64,000 bases of DNA from an uncultured Chloroflexia bacterium (GTDB lineage: Bacteria; Chloroflexota; Dehalococcoidia; GIF9; UBA5629): the NCBI GenBank assembly GCA_963775935.1, contig CAVZKR010000004.1:84550-148549 (forward strand), written 5' to 3'. This document shows positions 1 through 11,892 of this stretch, piece after piece. A program made the position numbers and the translations under genes. Numbering within the stretch: the stretch's first letter is position 1; the number at the start of each line of letters is the position of its first letter. Under the pieces are notes generated by a model. It did not search any database. It worked only from the letters and a program-made list of their open reading frames with translations, and had not been told where the DNA came from.

Positions 1-505
1 CGCTCTTCGCCAGGGCGCTGTTCACATAAATGCCGGTAATTTTACCTCTAGCTGGAATCATAGTGTCATCAACACGACGCCAGGAAGAGGTACAGCAACG
101 CACCCCTTTCTCAGCATCGAGATAGGCAGGCAAGGTGACGACAATGATGAGAAAGTCGTCTTCGATATCATGAAGGCGGACACCGACTCTCTCAGCACTT
201 TTATATGCCAGCGGACGGACATAAACATCCTCGTGATAACCGCTCTTTTCTACCACTTTCACCGTAAAGTCGCACAGTTCCTTGACAGAGTACGGGAGCT
301 TTATTTTCAGGATACGACAGCCCTGATGAAGGCGTTCATAATGTTCTTTGATTCGAAAAAGAACTACCTGCTCCCGCTCGGCATTCCAGTTACCACGTAT
401 GCCTTCAAAACAGGCAGTGCCATAATGAAGGGCATGGGTTAAAATCCCAATCTTTGCTTCCTCGAGAGGCATATATTGTTTTTTAAAAAACGCATATGGA
501 GGCAT
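1..505 (-). CDS. ilvE: Branched-chain amino acid aminotransferase (5' part; runs off window start; missing from ORF track)
   Basis: Hand translation of minus strand from ATG at 505 (AGGGAGG RBS upstream): MPPYAFFKKQYMPLEEAKIGILTHALHYGTACFEGIRGNWN...YVRPLAY; THALHYG..FEGIR is the class IV aminotransferase signature. Confidence 0.9.
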   Translation of the reverse strand, partial: MPPYAFFKKQYMPLEEAKIGILTHALHYGTACFEGIRGNWNAEREQVVLFRIKEHYERLHQGCRILKIKLPYSVKELCDFTVKVVEKSGYHEDVYVRPLAYKSAERVGVRLHDIEDDFLIIVVTLPAYLDAEKGVRCCTSSWRRVDDTMIPARGKITGIYVNSALAKS

Positions 506-587
506 GTGCCGTCCCTCCCTTCTTTCAACGTTGCTGTAAAGTGGGATTTATTATAGCTGCTGACTGTGACAAAGGCAAGCGTACTGC

Positions 588-1691
588 TCAACCGTTTTTA
601 TGTAAACCTTGTTCCTTCCTGCACTGCACCGGTTCGTCATTTTTTGAATGGCATTTCATGCAGGAAACGCAGTCCGAAGGGACATTGTCGCCCCGCTGCC
701 AGCGGGCAATTAAATCTGGCTCTCGAATTAAGGGACGGCTCATTGCGATCAGGTCAGCATCACCACTATCAACGATGTTCTTCGCCATATCAAGACTTCG
801 GATTCCGCTCACCACCATCACGGGCACAGTAACAAACTGTTTAAGTGCAGCAGCTCTCTCCCTATACGGTACAAACTCTGAATGATCTTTCCTCGCTACC
901 ATGGGAGTCCTGCCAACGCCAGCGCTGACCTCGATGGCAGCGATGCCCCTGGCTACCATTTGCTTCGCCGTCTCCAGGCCTTCGTTTAAGGGAAGGCCGC
1001 CCTCGGTATCATCCTGGATGCCAAACTTGATGAGCAGGGGAAAATCGGCTCCCACCGCTTGGCGCACCGTAGTCACTAACTCAAGGTGAAACCTTCTTCT
1101 CTTTTCGGCACTACCTCCCCATCGGTCGGTACGGAAATTGTACAGGGGAGACAGGAACTGGCTCAATAGATAACCATGAGCCCCATGAAGCTGGACAGCA
1201 TTAAAGCCGGCTTTTCTGGCACGTACTGCCGCCGAGGTGAAATCGGAGACAATCCCCTCTATTTCTTCATCTGTTAATTCTCGATGTGGTGTATCTACTT
1301 CTTGTTTTCTCGATACAGCCAGAGTTTCTATGCCAACCCTGGGCAGATAGGCAGAATTGATACCGGCATGCATTATCTGAAGGGCGATTTTGGCGCCTCC
1401 CTGATGCGCTGCCTGTACCAGCCTGCGCAACCCGGGAATCATATCGTCATGGTGAGCGCCATACTGGGCGGGAAGCGCTTTCCCTGAAGGTGAAATGGAA
1501 GCAAACCCGGTCACTATCAGACCAACGCCCCCGCTCCCCAGTTTCCGGTACATGGCAACCGAATTATCGGTGACAGCGCCGGAGCTGTCTGCCGTGTTAT
1601 CCCATGTCGCTGACCTGACAAAACGATTTTTGAGTTCCAGCCCACCGATTCTGAAGGGCTTAAACAGTTCTACTGACGCTTTATTCTCCAT
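588..1691 (-). CDS. NADH:flavin oxidoreductase (old yellow enzyme family)
   Basis: LKNRFVRSAT, GLIVTG, QLHGAHGYLLSQFLSP..N.RTDRWGGS, DLIAMSRPLIREPDL, C-terminal CxxCxxC. Confidence 0.92.
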   Translation of the reverse strand: MENKASVELFKPFRIGGLELKNRFVRSATWDNTADSSGAVTDNSVAMYRKLGSGGVGLIVTGFASISPSGKALPAQYGAHHDDMIPGLRRLVQAAHQGGAKIALQIMHAGINSAYLPRVGIETLAVSRKQEVDTPHRELTDEEIEGIVSDFTSAAVRARKAGFNAVQLHGAHGYLLSQFLSPLYNFRTDRWGGSAEKRRRFHLELVTTVRQAVGADFPLLIKFGIQDDTEGGLPLNEGLETAKQMVARGIAAIEVSAGVGRTPMVARKDHSEFVPYRERAAALKQFVTVPVMVVSGIRSLDMAKNIVDSGDADLIAMSRPLIREPDLIARWQRGDNVPSDCVSCMKCHSKNDEPVQCRKEQGLHKNG

Positions 1692-1755
1692 TTCCTTTCC
1701 TCTATACACTGGAGATTATGCTACAATAAGACTGCTAAAAAAGAGGTGCAGGAAC

Positions 1756-3684
1756 CTAACCCAATAGACCTCTCTCTTTCAAATCCCCGGCTACGTCTCC
1801 AAGCTCAAGCTCCTTAAGTTTTTGCTCAGTTGGCAAGCCGTTTTCCTTATTCCAGCCACGGAGCTCGTAGTACTCGCTCTTCAGCTTTTCGAAATCGTCT
1901 CTTTCTATCCTGGTTCCCTGTCTGGATACCGGTTCGCCATTCTTGCCCGGAACCAGGAAAGAACGCATACGTTGCAAATCCTGGAGTGGCTCATCATGAA
2001 GATAGTCCATGAGTTTATCTCCCTGCCTCCCTTCCCATCCCTGCCGGAGCAGTACTGCCCTTTGAAGATTGAAAATCCTTTCCCCGATTCTATTCAATCC
2101 CGCCTCGTCAATTGTTCTTCCGGTAATCGCCGATACAACCTGACTTTCCATGGTAGGGTCACCGGTATGGTCTTTGGCATGTTCTTCGGGGAACCGTACC
2201 CACATAATAGGCCACAGAAAGTCGCAGAGAATAAGGCTCTCCTTGGCATAGGTGCGGTCCTGGATTTTTTTGGCAGCCAGCGCCTTTCCTTCGTAGCTGG
2301 AGAAGTCACCGGCGGCAGTGCTGCCCCAGAAATTCCTGGCAACAAACATAAAATCATCGTATGACAGAAAGGCCCCCTCTTTTTTCTGCATCCAATGTAG
2401 CCATGCCTCCAGTGTGTGACTCAATTGATGAATTTCGTTGATGGGCCTCCTGGGCTCAGTGGCATAGAGGAGCGTGCTGGTTAGTATAATCCTGGGCTCA
2501 TAGTCCCTGGCTTCATTACTTCGGGTAAGGATAGAGTTCTGTAACAGCTCCTGCGCTCTATTTCCTATTTTCTCGGCAGCTTTAATCATGCCCGCAGCCA
2601 ATAGATCACCGAAGCCTTCCCTGAACGCTATTTTTTTGATGAGCACTTCAATAAATTCAGCACTGCCCATTTTTGAAAAGGGGAGACCTGTGTCCTCCTC
2701 CCGCAGGATACCCTCCCGATAACACTTGCTAAGCCAGTCAATCATCGGTTGCATCACTATGGTATCCAGCCCGTACCGGTCACATAACCTGGTAGCCATC
2801 AGCGTTACTTCATGCCAGTCACTATTGTATTTTTCTGCTGTTTTCCCGTAGAAGGCGGCTGCCTGGCAGAAAAATTTAAAATGCCGACCGCCCTCAGCCT
2901 GGTATGATTTTCTCCAGCAACCGATACCACAACCATGGCAGGCACGGAGTTTGGTCCTGCCCGGTATATCCAGAAGATAATCTTTCCAGGTATTTTTCCT
3001 CAGTTGAAGTATCCGGGCAGCGAGCTTACTAAGCCTTTCCGGGTCGGCGGCTACCGGTCTTTTATCGCCAGCAACGACAATCGCCTTCAGCTTTTTCGAA
3101 CCCATGACGCTGCCAAAACCGCTGGCTCCAGAGGCTCCGTCATCGGTAAGCATGGTGGCAAAGCAAACCAGGTTCTCGGCAGCAGGACCGATGGTCAGCA
3201 CACTCGCTCCCTTACCCAGTCCCGTTTTCAGAGTATCACCAGTTTCAATAGCAGGCATGCCCCAGAGGGAGGAAGCATCCCTGGTCTCAACGGTGCCGTC
3301 ATGTATATAAAGATAGCATGGCTTGTCGGATTTGCCCTGAACTATCAGCCCGTCGTAACCGGCATATTTCAGCCATGACCCCCATTTTTCACCCAGATTA
3401 GCGTAGGAAAACACCTGCGGGTCCATGGCAGGCGATCTACCGCAGACCTGCCATCTACAGCCAGCCAGTCTAGCGAATCCAGTGGTGGGGCCGGTGGCAT
3501 ATATCAGGCAATTCTCCGGGTCGAAAGCGCTCGCCTGAGGGGAAACCATATCCCAGTAAATTTTGGCTGCCATGCCCCTACCTCCCAGGAACCGGTCGGC
3601 ATAGTCAGCAGTCGATAGCCTAGTCATCTTCCCTGCCGACAAATCAACCTTCAGAACTTCCCCGGCATAGCCAAATTCAGCCAT
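1756..3684 (-). CDS. Aldehyde:ferredoxin oxidoreductase family (W/Mo, AOR-like)
   Basis: GYAGEVLKVDLS, FLGGRG, IGPAAENLV, GSVMGSKKLKAIVV, CxxCxxxC, EYYELRGW..G.PT..KL.ELEL. Confidence 0.92.
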   Translation of the reverse strand: MAEFGYAGEVLKVDLSAGKMTRLSTADYADRFLGGRGMAAKIYWDMVSPQASAFDPENCLIYATGPTTGFARLAGCRWQVCGRSPAMDPQVFSYANLGEKWGSWLKYAGYDGLIVQGKSDKPCYLYIHDGTVETRDASSLWGMPAIETGDTLKTGLGKGASVLTIGPAAENLVCFATMLTDDGASGASGFGSVMGSKKLKAIVVAGDKRPVAADPERLSKLAARILQLRKNTWKDYLLDIPGRTKLRACHGCGIGCWRKSYQAEGGRHFKFFCQAAAFYGKTAEKYNSDWHEVTLMATRLCDRYGLDTIVMQPMIDWLSKCYREGILREEDTGLPFSKMGSAEFIEVLIKKIAFREGFGDLLAAGMIKAAEKIGNRAQELLQNSILTRSNEARDYEPRIILTSTLLYATEPRRPINEIHQLSHTLEAWLHWMQKKEGAFLSYDDFMFVARNFWGSTAAGDFSSYEGKALAAKKIQDRTYAKESLILCDFLWPIMWVRFPEEHAKDHTGDPTMESQVVSAITGRTIDEAGLNRIGERIFNLQRAVLLRQGWEGRQGDKLMDYLHDEPLQDLQRMRSFLVPGKNGEPVSRQGTRIERDDFEKLKSEYYELRGWNKENGLPTEQKLKELELGDVAGDLKERGLLG

Positions 3685-3937
3685 GTTATTTACTACCTCG
3701 CCAATCTTATTAAATCAGGTGGATTAATTACGTATTTTGCTCAATCTGTACCCAGGTGATGCTGGTGTGAGGCATCCCTGGAGATGCCACGGGATTCGAG
3801 AAGTCCCATTCAGCCAAATTATAGCATATCACGACTACCAGTAAGCGTGTAAATATCACAGAGAAGTAAACCAATCCTCAGGACATTCTCGGTTGATAGC
3901 CGTTCTTCATAGTTCTATACTAATGCAGGGAAACGAG

Positions 3938-4627
3938 ATGGGAAATAAAGTCCTGATTGTCGAAGACGACCCCAATTTGCTGGAGACTCTCAAGTATAAT
4001 CTTCGCAAAGAGAGCTATGATGTAGTCACAGCCATTGACGGTGAGCAGGCTCTTGAGGTAGCCCGCAAGGAAAAACCTGACCTGATCATTCTCGATATTA
4101 TGTTGCCGAAACTAAGCGGCTTCGAAGTATGCCGTATCCTCCGGAAGGAGATGACTGCACCAATTTTGATGCTCACCGCAAAAGCCGATGAGACCGATAA
4201 AATAGTAGGGCTTGAAATAGGAGCGGATGACTATGTCACCAAGCCTTTTAGCATGAGAGAGCTGATAGCCCGTGTTAGAGCGATGCTTCGTAGAACCAAG
4301 ATTATGGAAATGCAGCTACCGAAGAGAGAGCCATAGAATTGGGGATATTAAAGTTGATATAGGCCGGCATCAGGTTTTATTGCTGGATTCTGTCCTTGAT
4401 CTGAAACCGAAAGAGTTCGATTTACTTGCCTTTCTTGCCGAGAAACAAGGGGTTGGTGTTCAGTCGAGAGCAGTTATTGGAAAAAGTATGGGGCTATGAT
4501 TATGCTGGCGATACCAGAACTGTGGATGTGCATATCCGCTGGTTAAGGCAAAAAATTGAAACCGACCCGAGTAATCCCAAAATATCTCGTGACTGTCAGG
4601 GGTACGGGTTATAAACTGGAAGGTTAA
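3938..4627 (+). CDS. phoB: PhoB/PhoP OmpR-family response regulator (split by frameshifts, probably sequencing indels)
   Basis: Receiver domain ([27 protein letters not shown]), then [43 protein letters not shown] in successive frames; upstream of phoR/pst. Confidence 0.88.
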
Positions 4628-4629
4628 GA

Positions 4630-6377
4630 TTGTTTAAAAGAATTCAATGGCGCATTGCAGTACCTTTCATACTCCTTATACTGGTCAGCATGGGGGTACT
4701 GGGTGGTTACCTGGTAAGCTTTGTAAGAGACTCCCAGATCGATAATCTGCGTTTTCACCTGGAAGAAGAGGCCAGGATTACTGCTGAAGCCAGTTTGCCT
4801 TTGCTTATTCAGGGTAGCAATGCTGATGTTCTGGCAAAGAAATTAGGTCAGGAAATAGAGGCGAGAGTTACCATCATTGCTCCAGATGGGAAAGTCTTGG
4901 GTGACTCACAAGAGAACCCGGCAACGATGGAAAACCATGCCACCCGTCCCGAAGTAAGAGATGCTCTGGCCTCGGGTTTAGGTGAAAGCACTCGTTACAG
5001 TACCACTCTCGGCGAGCAGATGATGTATGTTGCGGTACCCATATCCAGTCAAGGTATGGTGCTGGGAGTTGCCAGAGTGGCGTTGCCATTAACAGCCGTA
5101 GAAAGATCAGTTAATCATTTGACCGTGACCATCAGTCCTGGCGATGGTGGTGATAACATTGTTAGCAATACTGGCTGCCGGATTTATTGCCCGTGGAACC
5201 ACACGACCTATCAGGCAGCTTACCAAAGCGGCGAATCAAATTACCGCAGGGCAACTGGGTCAAAAGGTTATAGTGCAAACTGGAGACGAGGTTGGACAGC
5301 TTGGCAATGCCTTCAATGAAATGTCGTCAAGTATGAAAAGAATGATTGAAGAAGTCTCAGTAGAAAAAGCCAAACTATCGACGGTTCTCAACAATATGAT
5401 CGATGGCGTCATTGTGACTGATATTGAAGGTAAGGTTTCAGTTGCTAATCGAGCCGCCGGGAAACTATTCGGTTTTGAAGCAGGGAATGCAGCGGGAAAA
5501 TCTCTGATTGAAGTGGTGCGTGACCATGAAGTTGATGCTGTACTGAAGATGTGTTTAAAGACAAATAAGGAGCAATCTGCTCAATTTGAATCCATCGTAA
5601 CGAAAACGCTTTGTAAGAGTAATAGCCGTCCCCGTAGCCAATAGCAAAACAAGCGAAGTGTTATTTCTCTTCCAGGACCTCACCGAAGTTAAGAACCTGC
5701 AAACTATGCGCAAGGAATTGGTGGGTAATATATCTCACGAATTAAGAACACCCATAGCTGGCATTAAAGCTATGGTCGAAACTTTGCGTGACGGAGCAGT
5801 AGCTGATAAGGAAGTCGCCGATGATTTCCTGGCCAGGATTGAGTCTGAAGTCGACCGGTTAGCCCAGACCGTTTCCGAATTGACCGAGCTATCACGCATT
5901 GAAACCGGTAAAGCTGAACTGAGACTAGAGCCGCTGAATCTCAATTTTCTTATTAAAGAGGTTATTGAGCAATTAACGCCGCTGGCTGAAAGGCAGCAGG
6001 TGACCATGTCTGCAAACCTGGCACCGGGTCTGCCGGAAGTTAAGGCTGATATTGGCCGTATCAGGCAAACCATGATTAATCTGGTGCACAATGCCATCAA
6101 ATTTAATAAAGCTGGTGGCAGTATCGTCTTATCCACCAGGACTGATAGTACAGCGGTCACCGTAGATATATCAGATACAGGCACAGGAATTTCAAAAGAT
6201 GATTTACTCCATGTCTTTGAGCGGTTCTATAAAGCCGACAGAGCTCGTTCACAAGGCGGCAGCGGACTGGGTCTGGCTATCGCCAAGCATACAATCCAGG
6301 CACATGGAGGCAATATCTGGGCTACCAGCGAACCGGGCAAAGGTTCCACATTCAGCTTCAGCCTGCCTCTGCATTGA
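4630..6377 (+). CDS. phoR: PhoR sensor histidine kinase (TM-Cache-HAMP-PAS-HisKA-HATPase), split over three ORFs by indels
   Basis: MENHATRPEV sensor motif, HAMP (GDEVGQLGNAFNEM), PAS, ISHELRTP, NLVHNAIKFN, GGSGLGLAI. Confidence 0.88.
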
Positions 6378-6402
6378 GAGCCTTAGTAGATAAACCTGAG
6401 GA

Positions 6403-6442
6403 TTTAACCAGACTTTAACAATGCGTTAAAGTGCCCTTAAAG
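6403..6442 (+). promoter_or_regulatory. Pho-box-like tandem direct repeats upstream of pstS
   Basis: TTTAACC (6403), TTTAACA (6414), GTTAAAG (6425), CTTAAAG (6436): exact 11-bp period, resembling PhoP/PhoB TTNACA boxes. Confidence 0.7.
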
Positions 6443-6523
6443 TCTCCCCTGTATTCTGGTAATAGATGGACAGAAGCGCTTCGAACCCATCTAAATCGAA
6501 TATAATAAGGGAGAAATAATAAT

Positions 6524-7440
6524 TTGCAAACATCCAATAAAAAATGGCTTATACCTTTGGCAGTAATACTGCTATTGGCTTTTTTACTTTCAGGCTGTAG
6601 CAGTACAGCGACTGCCCCAGCCACATCGACAACCTCAACAGTGTCAGGTTCATTTAAAATTATTGGTTCAAACACAGTCACTCCTCTGAGCTCGGTATGG
6701 GCTGAAGACTTTATGAAACTACATCGCGGAGTCAGTATAGCCGTGAGTGGTCCTGGTTCGGGAGCTGGTATTGCAGCGCTTATCGATAGCACTACCGATA
6801 TCTGTCAATCGTCTCGCCTGATAACCTCAAAGGAGATTGAGCAGGCTAAAGCCAAAAATGTTACCCCCTATGAGATCCAGGTAGCCAGCGATGCTCTTTC
6901 TGTGGTGGTTCATCCTTCTAATCCAGTATCGTCTTTAACGATAGCGCAACTATCAGCTATCTACACAAACCAGATAACGAACTGGAAAGAATTAGGTGGC
7001 AAGGATGCTCCCATCCTGGCACTGGCACGAGATACTAACTCAGGTACTCATGTGTTCTTCAAGGAACATGTAGTACAGATGCTGGAGTTGTCCACAGCTG
7101 ATAAGAAGCTGGAATACGGAGCTAAAGTGCTGTTACTGCCCTCAACCGAAGCAGAAGTATCAGAGGTAGAGAAAAATCCCAATGCAATCTTCTATCCGGG
7201 CATTGGCTATGTCACCAAAACTGTGAAGCCACTTGCTATAAAAAAGACGGCAAATGACACGGCAATTTTGCCCAGCGTGAAGACAGCTCTGGATGGTACT
7301 TATCCAATCTCACGACCACTCCTTTTCTATACCAATGGAGTTCCCACTGGCGCAGTGAAGTCGTTTATCGACTATTGCCTGTCCGGGAAGGTCAAAAAAT
7401 AGTAACTGAAGTTGGTTATGTACCACTTGCTGTTAAATAA
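6524..7440 (+). CDS. pstS: Phosphate ABC transporter substrate-binding lipoprotein (indel near 3' end)
   Basis: Lipobox LLSGC, GSNTVTP, GSGAGIAAL, RDTNSGT, YPISRPL; C-terminal GQKIVTEVGYVPL continues in another frame to TAA 7438-7440. Confidence 0.92.
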
Positions 7441-7487
7441 TGGTAGTGTCATGCGTGATAATAGACAATAAAGGTTGGTGAGATAAT

Positions 7488-8426
7488 TTGAAACAATTTT
7501 CGACAACCGCAGTTGCCGCCTCATCTATTGAAAAGAATCTGAGGCGGCGGTTGTGGTTGGGTGAACGTATAATCGAAGGCTGGATTTTCCTGGCAGGACT
7601 GCTGACTATTATTGTACTTGTTGGCGTCCTCTTTGTCCTGCTTCGGGAAGGATTACCGGTATTTGCTACCACTCCTCCATGGGAATTTTTATTTGGTATA
7701 AAATGGTATCCGGTTTCTGACCCACCTACGTTCGGTATCTTACCCTTCTTTTTGTCCACGCTCATTGTTACTGTTATCGCAACGGTAGTGGCAGTGCCCG
7801 TAGGTATTGGCTGCGCTGCTTATCTCGCCGAGGTAGCCTCATCAAAAGTCAGGGAAATAGCAAAACCAATTATTGAGTTGCTGGCTGGCATACCATCAGT
7901 CATGATGGGTTTTATCGGGTTAATGCTTCTGGCCCCATTGGTTCAGAGTGCCTTCAACTTAAACACTGGCTTATGTGGTTTGACTGCTTCAATAATGCTG
8001 TCTCTAATGAGTTTGCCTATCATTGTCAGCGTGTCTGAGGATGCATTACATGCAGTTCCCGATGAATATAAATCAGCTGCCTATGCTTTAGGTGCTACGA
8101 AATGGGAAACGATATGGCATGTATGCATACCGGCGGCACTATCGGGCATTACAGCTGCAATAATGCTGGGCGTCGGACGCGCAATCGGTGAGACTATGAC
8201 AGTTCTCATGGTAGCTGGTGGTGCTCTTGCTGTACCTGTTTCGCCGACTGATCCTATGACCACAATGACTGCGGCTATTGCCTCAGGAATTGGCAATGCC
8301 GTACGTGGTGGACTTCAGTACCAGGCATTATTCGCTATAGGCTTAATTCTATTTGTCATGACACTGACTGTTAATCTCATTGCTGAACGAGTGCTTGAAC
8401 GCCAGAAGAGGAAATTTGCGAGGTAA
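7488..8426 (+). CDS. pstC: Phosphate ABC transporter permease
   Basis: ELLAGIPSV, EAA-like AYALGATKWET, GRAIGETMTV. Confidence 0.95.
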   Translation: MKQFSTTAVAASSIEKNLRRRLWLGERIIEGWIFLAGLLTIIVLVGVLFVLLREGLPVFATTPPWEFLFGIKWYPVSDPPTFGILPFFLSTLIVTVIATVVAVPVGIGCAAYLAEVASSKVREIAKPIIELLAGIPSVMMGFIGLMLLAPLVQSAFNLNTGLCGLTASIMLSLMSLPIIVSVSEDALHAVPDEYKSAAYALGATKWETIWHVCIPAALSGITAAIMLGVGRAIGETMTVLMVAGGALAVPVSPTDPMTTMTAAIASGIGNAVRGGLQYQALFAIGLILFVMTLTVNLIAERVLERQKRKFAR

Positions 8427-8433
8427 TCAGGAA

Positions 8434-9297
8434 ATGGCGACGACATCTCAAACATCGCGACAGTTATCACAACGTACCGCCTTTGTCTTTCTGGCAATAG
8501 CCACGGCGATAGCAATACTGCCAGTGCTGTTTATCATCATCTACACTATTATCAATGGTATCGAGGCAATAAACTGGCAATTTTTAACTCAATTCCCATC
8601 GAAAGCTGGCAAGGCTGGAGGTATTCTCCCGGCAATAGTCGGCACGTTTTATCTCATGATAGGTACTCTGATATTTGCTCTACCGGTGGGAGTACTTGCT
8701 GGTATTTACCTCACTGAATATGCCAAAGATAACTGGCTCACCAGGCTGATTAATATGGCGATTATCAATCTGGCAGGTGTTCCCAGTATTGTCTTTGGCC
8801 TCTTTGGCCTTGGGGTATTCGTTTTAGCTTTTCATCTGGGACTGTCACTACTTGCTGCCAGCCTTACCCTAGCATGTCAGGCCCTGGCAATGGTGGTGAC
8901 GACTTCGCGAGAGGCAGTTCTGGCAGTTCCAAAAGAATATCGGGAAGGCAGTCTGGCAGTTGGAGCTACGAAATGGCAAACAGTGAGATATGCAGTTCTC
9001 CCTCAGGCCCTCCCCGGTATAATCACTGGAGCAGTGCTGGCAATAAGTCGTGCGGCTGGAGAAACCGCTCCAATTTTAGTAGTCGGGGCAGCCTTTATTC
9101 TTCCGGCACTACCACAATCTCCCTTTGACCAGTTCATGGCTTTGCCCTATCATCTCTATACCGTTGCCGCCCATGTTCCGGGGATGCCCAAGACTACGAT
9201 GTGGGGTGTGGCATTAGTCTTATTAGCGGTAGTACTATTCTTTGATGTTCTCGCTGCTATTATCCGGGCACGAACTCGACAAAGGAAATATCAATGA
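8434..9297 (+). CDS. pstA: Phosphate ABC transporter permease
   Basis: [36 protein letters not shown]. Confidence 0.95.
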   Translation: MATTSQTSRQLSQRTAFVFLAIATAIAILPVLFIIIYTIINGIEAINWQFLTQFPSKAGKAGGILPAIVGTFYLMIGTLIFALPVGVLAGIYLTEYAKDNWLTRLINMAIINLAGVPSIVFGLFGLGVFVLAFHLGLSLLAASLTLACQALAMVVTTSREAVLAVPKEYREGSLAVGATKWQTVRYAVLPQALPGIITGAVLAISRAAGETAPILVVGAAFILPALPQSPFDQFMALPYHLYTVAAHVPGMPKTTMWGVALVLLAVVLFFDVLAAIIRARTRQRKYQ

Positions 9298-10115
9298 AAG
9301 CAAATTACGAACTGACAGATAACCAGACAATATCTCCACTTAGTTGCGGTGCTAAACTCGAAGCGGAAAAGGTAAATCTCTATTACGGCTCTTTTCAGGC
9401 TCTCAGGGACGTAACTTTAGAAATACCCCAGTGCGCTATTACTGCTATTATTGGGCCATCAGGCTGTGGTAAGTCGTCCCTCCTCCGACTCTTCGACCGC
9501 ATGAATGATTTGATTTCCGGTGCTAGAGTAGAAGGCAGTGTAAAACTGGATGGTATCTCTATCTACGGAGCCGGAATTGATGTCGTAGAATTGAGAAAAA
9601 GAGTGGGTATGGTCTTCCAGAAGCCCAATCCTTTTCCCATGTCCATATTTGAAAACGTAGCATTTGGGCCGAGACGTCATGGTATTAATAACCGCGGTAA
9701 ACTTGAAGTAATCGTCGAAAAGAGCCTTCGAAGTGCTGCATTGTGGGATGAAGTCAATGATAAGCTCGAACAGTCAGGACTGGCCCTCTCTGGTGGACAG
9801 CAACAAAGGCTGTGTATTGCCAGAGTATTAGCAGTAGAGCCGGATGTCATCTTAATGGATGAGCCATGCAGTGCACTTGACCCTATAGCCACACTTAAAA
9901 TCGAGGATTTGATGAGAAATCTGGCTAAAGAATACACGATTGTTATTGTTACCCACAATATGCAACAGGCAGCTCGGGTATCAGATATGACTGCATTTAT
10001 GATGATGGATGAGGACAGGGCAGGAGCATTAGTAGAATATAGTCCTACATCGAAGCTATTTACTAATCCAAAAGATAAACGTACTGAAGATTATATAACT
10101 GGCCGATTCGGATAA
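9294..10115 (+). CDS. pstB: Phosphate ABC transporter ATP-binding protein
   Basis: [55 protein letters not shown]. Confidence 0.97.
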   Translation: MKANYELTDNQTISPLSCGAKLEAEKVNLYYGSFQALRDVTLEIPQCAITAIIGPSGCGKSSLLRLFDRMNDLISGARVEGSVKLDGISIYGAGIDVVELRKRVGMVFQKPNPFPMSIFENVAFGPRRHGINNRGKLEVIVEKSLRSAALWDEVNDKLEQSGLALSGGQQQRLCIARVLAVEPDVILMDEPCSALDPIATLKIEDLMRNLAKEYTIVIVTHNMQQAARVSDMTAFMMMDEDRAGALVEYSPTSKLFTNPKDKRTEDYITGRFG

Positions 10116-10135
10116 TCTTCCCAAGGAGGAATTAT

Positions 10136-10804
10136 ATGGAAATGAGGACAACCTTTCATAAGAAACTGAGAGAGATTCAGGATGACATCCTGGTTATGGG
10201 TAGTATGGTTGGCAAAGCTATACTACGTTCAGTTGACGCCCTGAAGAACAGGGACCTGGAACTAGCTCACCAGATAATTGCCGATGACCAAGCGATAAAT
10301 AATCGAAGATTTTTAATTGAAGAGAAATGTATTGAACTTATAGCTACTCAGCAACCTATGGCTGGAGACCTTCGTACCATTGTTGCTATATTGAATATTA
10401 CCACCGAAATAGAGCGAATTGGTGACTATGCGGTTGGTATCGCCAGAATTACCATAATGATAGGTGATGAGCCACCCCTGAAACCGCTCATTGATATTCC
10501 CCGGATGGCAGAACAAACCGAAAGTATGCTTCGTCGCAGCCTGGAAGCTTTTATAAACCGGGATGCCGAAGCGGCAAAGAAAATCACCAGCGAAGACGAT
10601 TTGGTGGATCAGCTTTATGACCAGGTGTTCCGGGAGCTACTTATATTTATGGCAGAAGACCCGAAGACAATTACACGGGCAACCCGCCTTATCTGGACAG
10701 CTCATAATCTGGAGCGTGCTGCCGATAGAGTCACCAACATCTGCGAACGTGTTGTCTTTATCGTCACCGGAAAGATGGAAGAGGTAAACGCTTCAAAGTA
10801 TTGA
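10136..10804 (+). CDS. phoU: Phosphate signalling complex protein PhoU
   Basis: QQPMAGDLR, ERIGDYA, LERAADRVTNICE. Confidence 0.96.
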   Translation: MEMRTTFHKKLREIQDDILVMGSMVGKAILRSVDALKNRDLELAHQIIADDQAINNRRFLIEEKCIELIATQQPMAGDLRTIVAILNITTEIERIGDYAVGIARITIMIGDEPPLKPLIDIPRMAEQTESMLRRSLEAFINRDAEAAKKITSEDDLVDQLYDQVFRELLIFMAEDPKTITRATRLIWTAHNLERAADRVTNICERVVFIVTGKMEEVNASKY

Positions 10805-10864
10805 TACACAGACATATCGCAGCACTACCAGAGGTAACATTTATACCATTGCTTATTGTAAAAG

Positions 10865-11620
10865 CTACTTATGCGTCACCATATCTCTATCGGCCAGGCG
10901 TCGATGGGTGGCAGTTACCCACGTTCTGGTTTTTCGAATGTAATCGTTCACTTCATCGTCAGTTCTAAAATCGTCTCTGTTACAACGCCCGAAATGTATT
11001 ATTTTTGTTGTTTCTCTCATCAACTTCGGCCTTGGCTTCAAGGCTGGATACCCCAGCACCATCATATCGAAGACCTCCATTTCTGGCGGAATACCAAGGA
11101 GGTCTTTGATCAGGCAGTGTGCTACTGGTGACTGTACGGCAGAGACCCATCGGGAAGCCAGCCCCAATGATGTTGCCGCCAGATGCATATACAGAAAAGC
11201 ATATGCCAGGCTGCAAGTAAAGGTAGTCTGCTCCCGTTGACTATTGTATTGGACGACAAGCGGAAACGCTGCTTTCATCCTGGTATCTCCAAACAATACT
11301 ATAAATACCGGAGCATTGGGAAAATCATATTCTTTCGATACCGTATAGGGATCGCTAAGTGGTGACTTATGAATTGGGTCTCGAGCAAGCTCCATACGGC
11401 CCGCCTGAGCATAGTCTTCCTCGACGTAGTTCACAATCTGCGCTCTCAGTTCCGTCTCCCTAACGACCACGAATTCCCAGGGTTGTGAATTCATCCCCGA
11501 GGGAGCCCAGCGTGCTGCTTCAATTACCTTGAAAATATAATCATCAGGTACAGGATCAAGTTTGAACCGATGGATGCTCCTTCTATTTTTAAGTAGTTCC
11601 AGCAAGCTTGGATAGTCCAT
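10865..11620 (-). CDS. Nitroreductase family protein
   Basis: RRSIHRF..DPVPD, AARWAPSGMNSQPWEFVVV, LAATSLGL, LGYP; ATG at 11620 with GGGAGA RBS. Confidence 0.9.
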   Translation of the reverse strand: MDYPSLLELLKNRRSIHRFKLDPVPDDYIFKVIEAARWAPSGMNSQPWEFVVVRETELRAQIVNYVEEDYAQAGRMELARDPIHKSPLSDPYTVSKEYDFPNAPVFIVLFGDTRMKAAFPLVVQYNSQREQTTFTCSLAYAFLYMHLAATSLGLASRWVSAVQSPVAHCLIKDLLGIPPEMEVFDMMVLGYPALKPRPKLMRETTKIIHFGRCNRDDFRTDDEVNDYIRKTRTWVTATHRRLADRDMVTHK

Positions 11621-11892
11621 ATGAATCTCCCTTCTCAGAATAGTTAGTATGAAACAGGACAACATGCAGACTTCTCTGCAAATCAATAGTATGTAGATAT
11701 TTCAACAGGTCTGATTCCAGTCTAACATTAATACTGGGCTCATTTTAGGTAACTTTGAATTATCAGTTTCGGTAGTCCTGCAGCAAACCTCTAACCGTCG
11801 GTTAATCGAAGCTTCTAAAATATCTCATTTTACTGGCATCAAATATACTCAATATTGAAAAAGGGAATAGTAACGGTAGACTTTGCCTTATG

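Noticed and set aside
170-442. Plus-strand 90-aa ORF
   Set aside because: Shadow of minus-strand ilvE.
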